NCBI RefSeq assembly: GCF_006345805.1 | Contig: NC_043003.1 | Location: 77,314,001 to 77,378,000, forward strand | Origin: Octopus sinensis | Lineage: Eukaryota | Reading direction: 5' to 3' | Length of the DNA stretch: 64,000 nt | Shown: positions 63,001-64,000 of the stretch, piece by piece | How positions within the stretch are numbered: position 1 is the stretch's first letter | Layout of the letters: the number at the start of each line of letters is the position of its first letter | The notes under the pieces: model-generated | Told to the model about the DNA's origin: nothing | The model's database searches: none | What the model saw: the letters and a program-made list of their open reading frames with translations, nothing else | Program-made: the position numbers and the translations under genes

Positions 63001-64000
63001 GGAAGCAGTTTATTATAATTGTATTATAATCATGGATAATATTTACAAAGAGTTATTATACAAATTAGTCCCCAAAATTTTAATTGAATTTAAGATTCAC
63101 TTAGAATCAAAGCTCTGGACATTGTTGTCATATACTTCACCATACAACCATTACCGTTATCTAAGTTAACAAAGACACTACCAGATTCATCTTTCTAGCA
63201 CAAGGAGTCAATCAGTCTTGTATCCTATTATCAAACACCAATACAACCACCACTGACAAGATCAAAGTAGCAGGAACACTAATGACTGAGTGACAGGTGT
63301 ATCATAAAAATGGAATCATGCATTGGTGATGGGAATGGAGGTGCTGCTGTGGTAGTGTGTGTTTAAGTGTGTATATCTATCTATCATATATATATATATA
63401 TATATATACATATTCTTTTGTTTCAGTCATTTGACTGCAGCCATGCTGGAGCACTGCCTTTAGTCAAACAAATCAACCACAGGACTTATTCTTTATTTGC
63501 CTAGTTCTTATTCCATCAGTCTCTTTCGGTGAACTGCCAAGTCACGGGGATGTAAACACACCAACACCAGTTGTCAAGCGATGGTAGGGAGGGACAGACA
63601 CACATACATATATATGAATATACATACTCACAACGGGCTTCTTTCAGTTTCCATCTACCAAATCCACTGACAAAAGTTTGTTTGGCCCGAGGCTATAGTA
63701 GAAGACACTTGCCAAAGGTACCACACAGTGGGACTGAACCTGGTGCAGAATGGCTGAATGGTTAAGAACATGGATTCACAGTCATGAGACTCCCGATTTA
63801 ATGCTTCTAGCAACATGAAAAAAATATTTTCTAGAACTTTGAGTCAACTAATACCTTGCATATGAAACTGGATGGAGAGAAACTGTATAGAGGAGCACTG
63901 GCTGGATTGTACCAATAATTCAAATGGTAGTCTTGTCACACAGTGTCAAGCTGGTTCTCCCCAAATTACTTTCATGGAATACATGGTAATTAAAGAGCAA

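Overview
Repeat-dense, AT-rich animal genomic DNA, most likely octopus/coleoid cephalopod (inferred from the look of the SINE and microsatellite families, not proven). One recognisable host gene: the last five coding exons of U2AF2 (U2AF65) on the minus strand (59982-51877, 188 aa: RRM2 C-half plus UHM); its upstream exons lie beyond the window. There are two identical tRNA-Thr(AGT) genes and one decayed copy. A near-complete CsRN1-clade Ty3/Gypsy LTR retrotransposon (33621-39246) is nested in a non-autonomous Helitron. It carries a tRNA-Trp PBS, CHCC Gag, a UUUAAAC -1 frameshift site with a predicted pseudoknot, and an RT missing one catalytic Asp. The rest is tRNA-derived SINEs, RTE/CR1/Ingi-like LINE remnants, Penelope-like fragments, Buster-hAT, Tc1/mariner, MITEs and microsatellites. 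Most interesting: a tRNA-like Pol III promoter 5' of an intact-looking minimal hammerhead ribozyme (13277-13502), with two decayed hammerhead relatives elsewhere, and the frameshift pseudoknot. All counts and alignments were done by eye; no searches were run.
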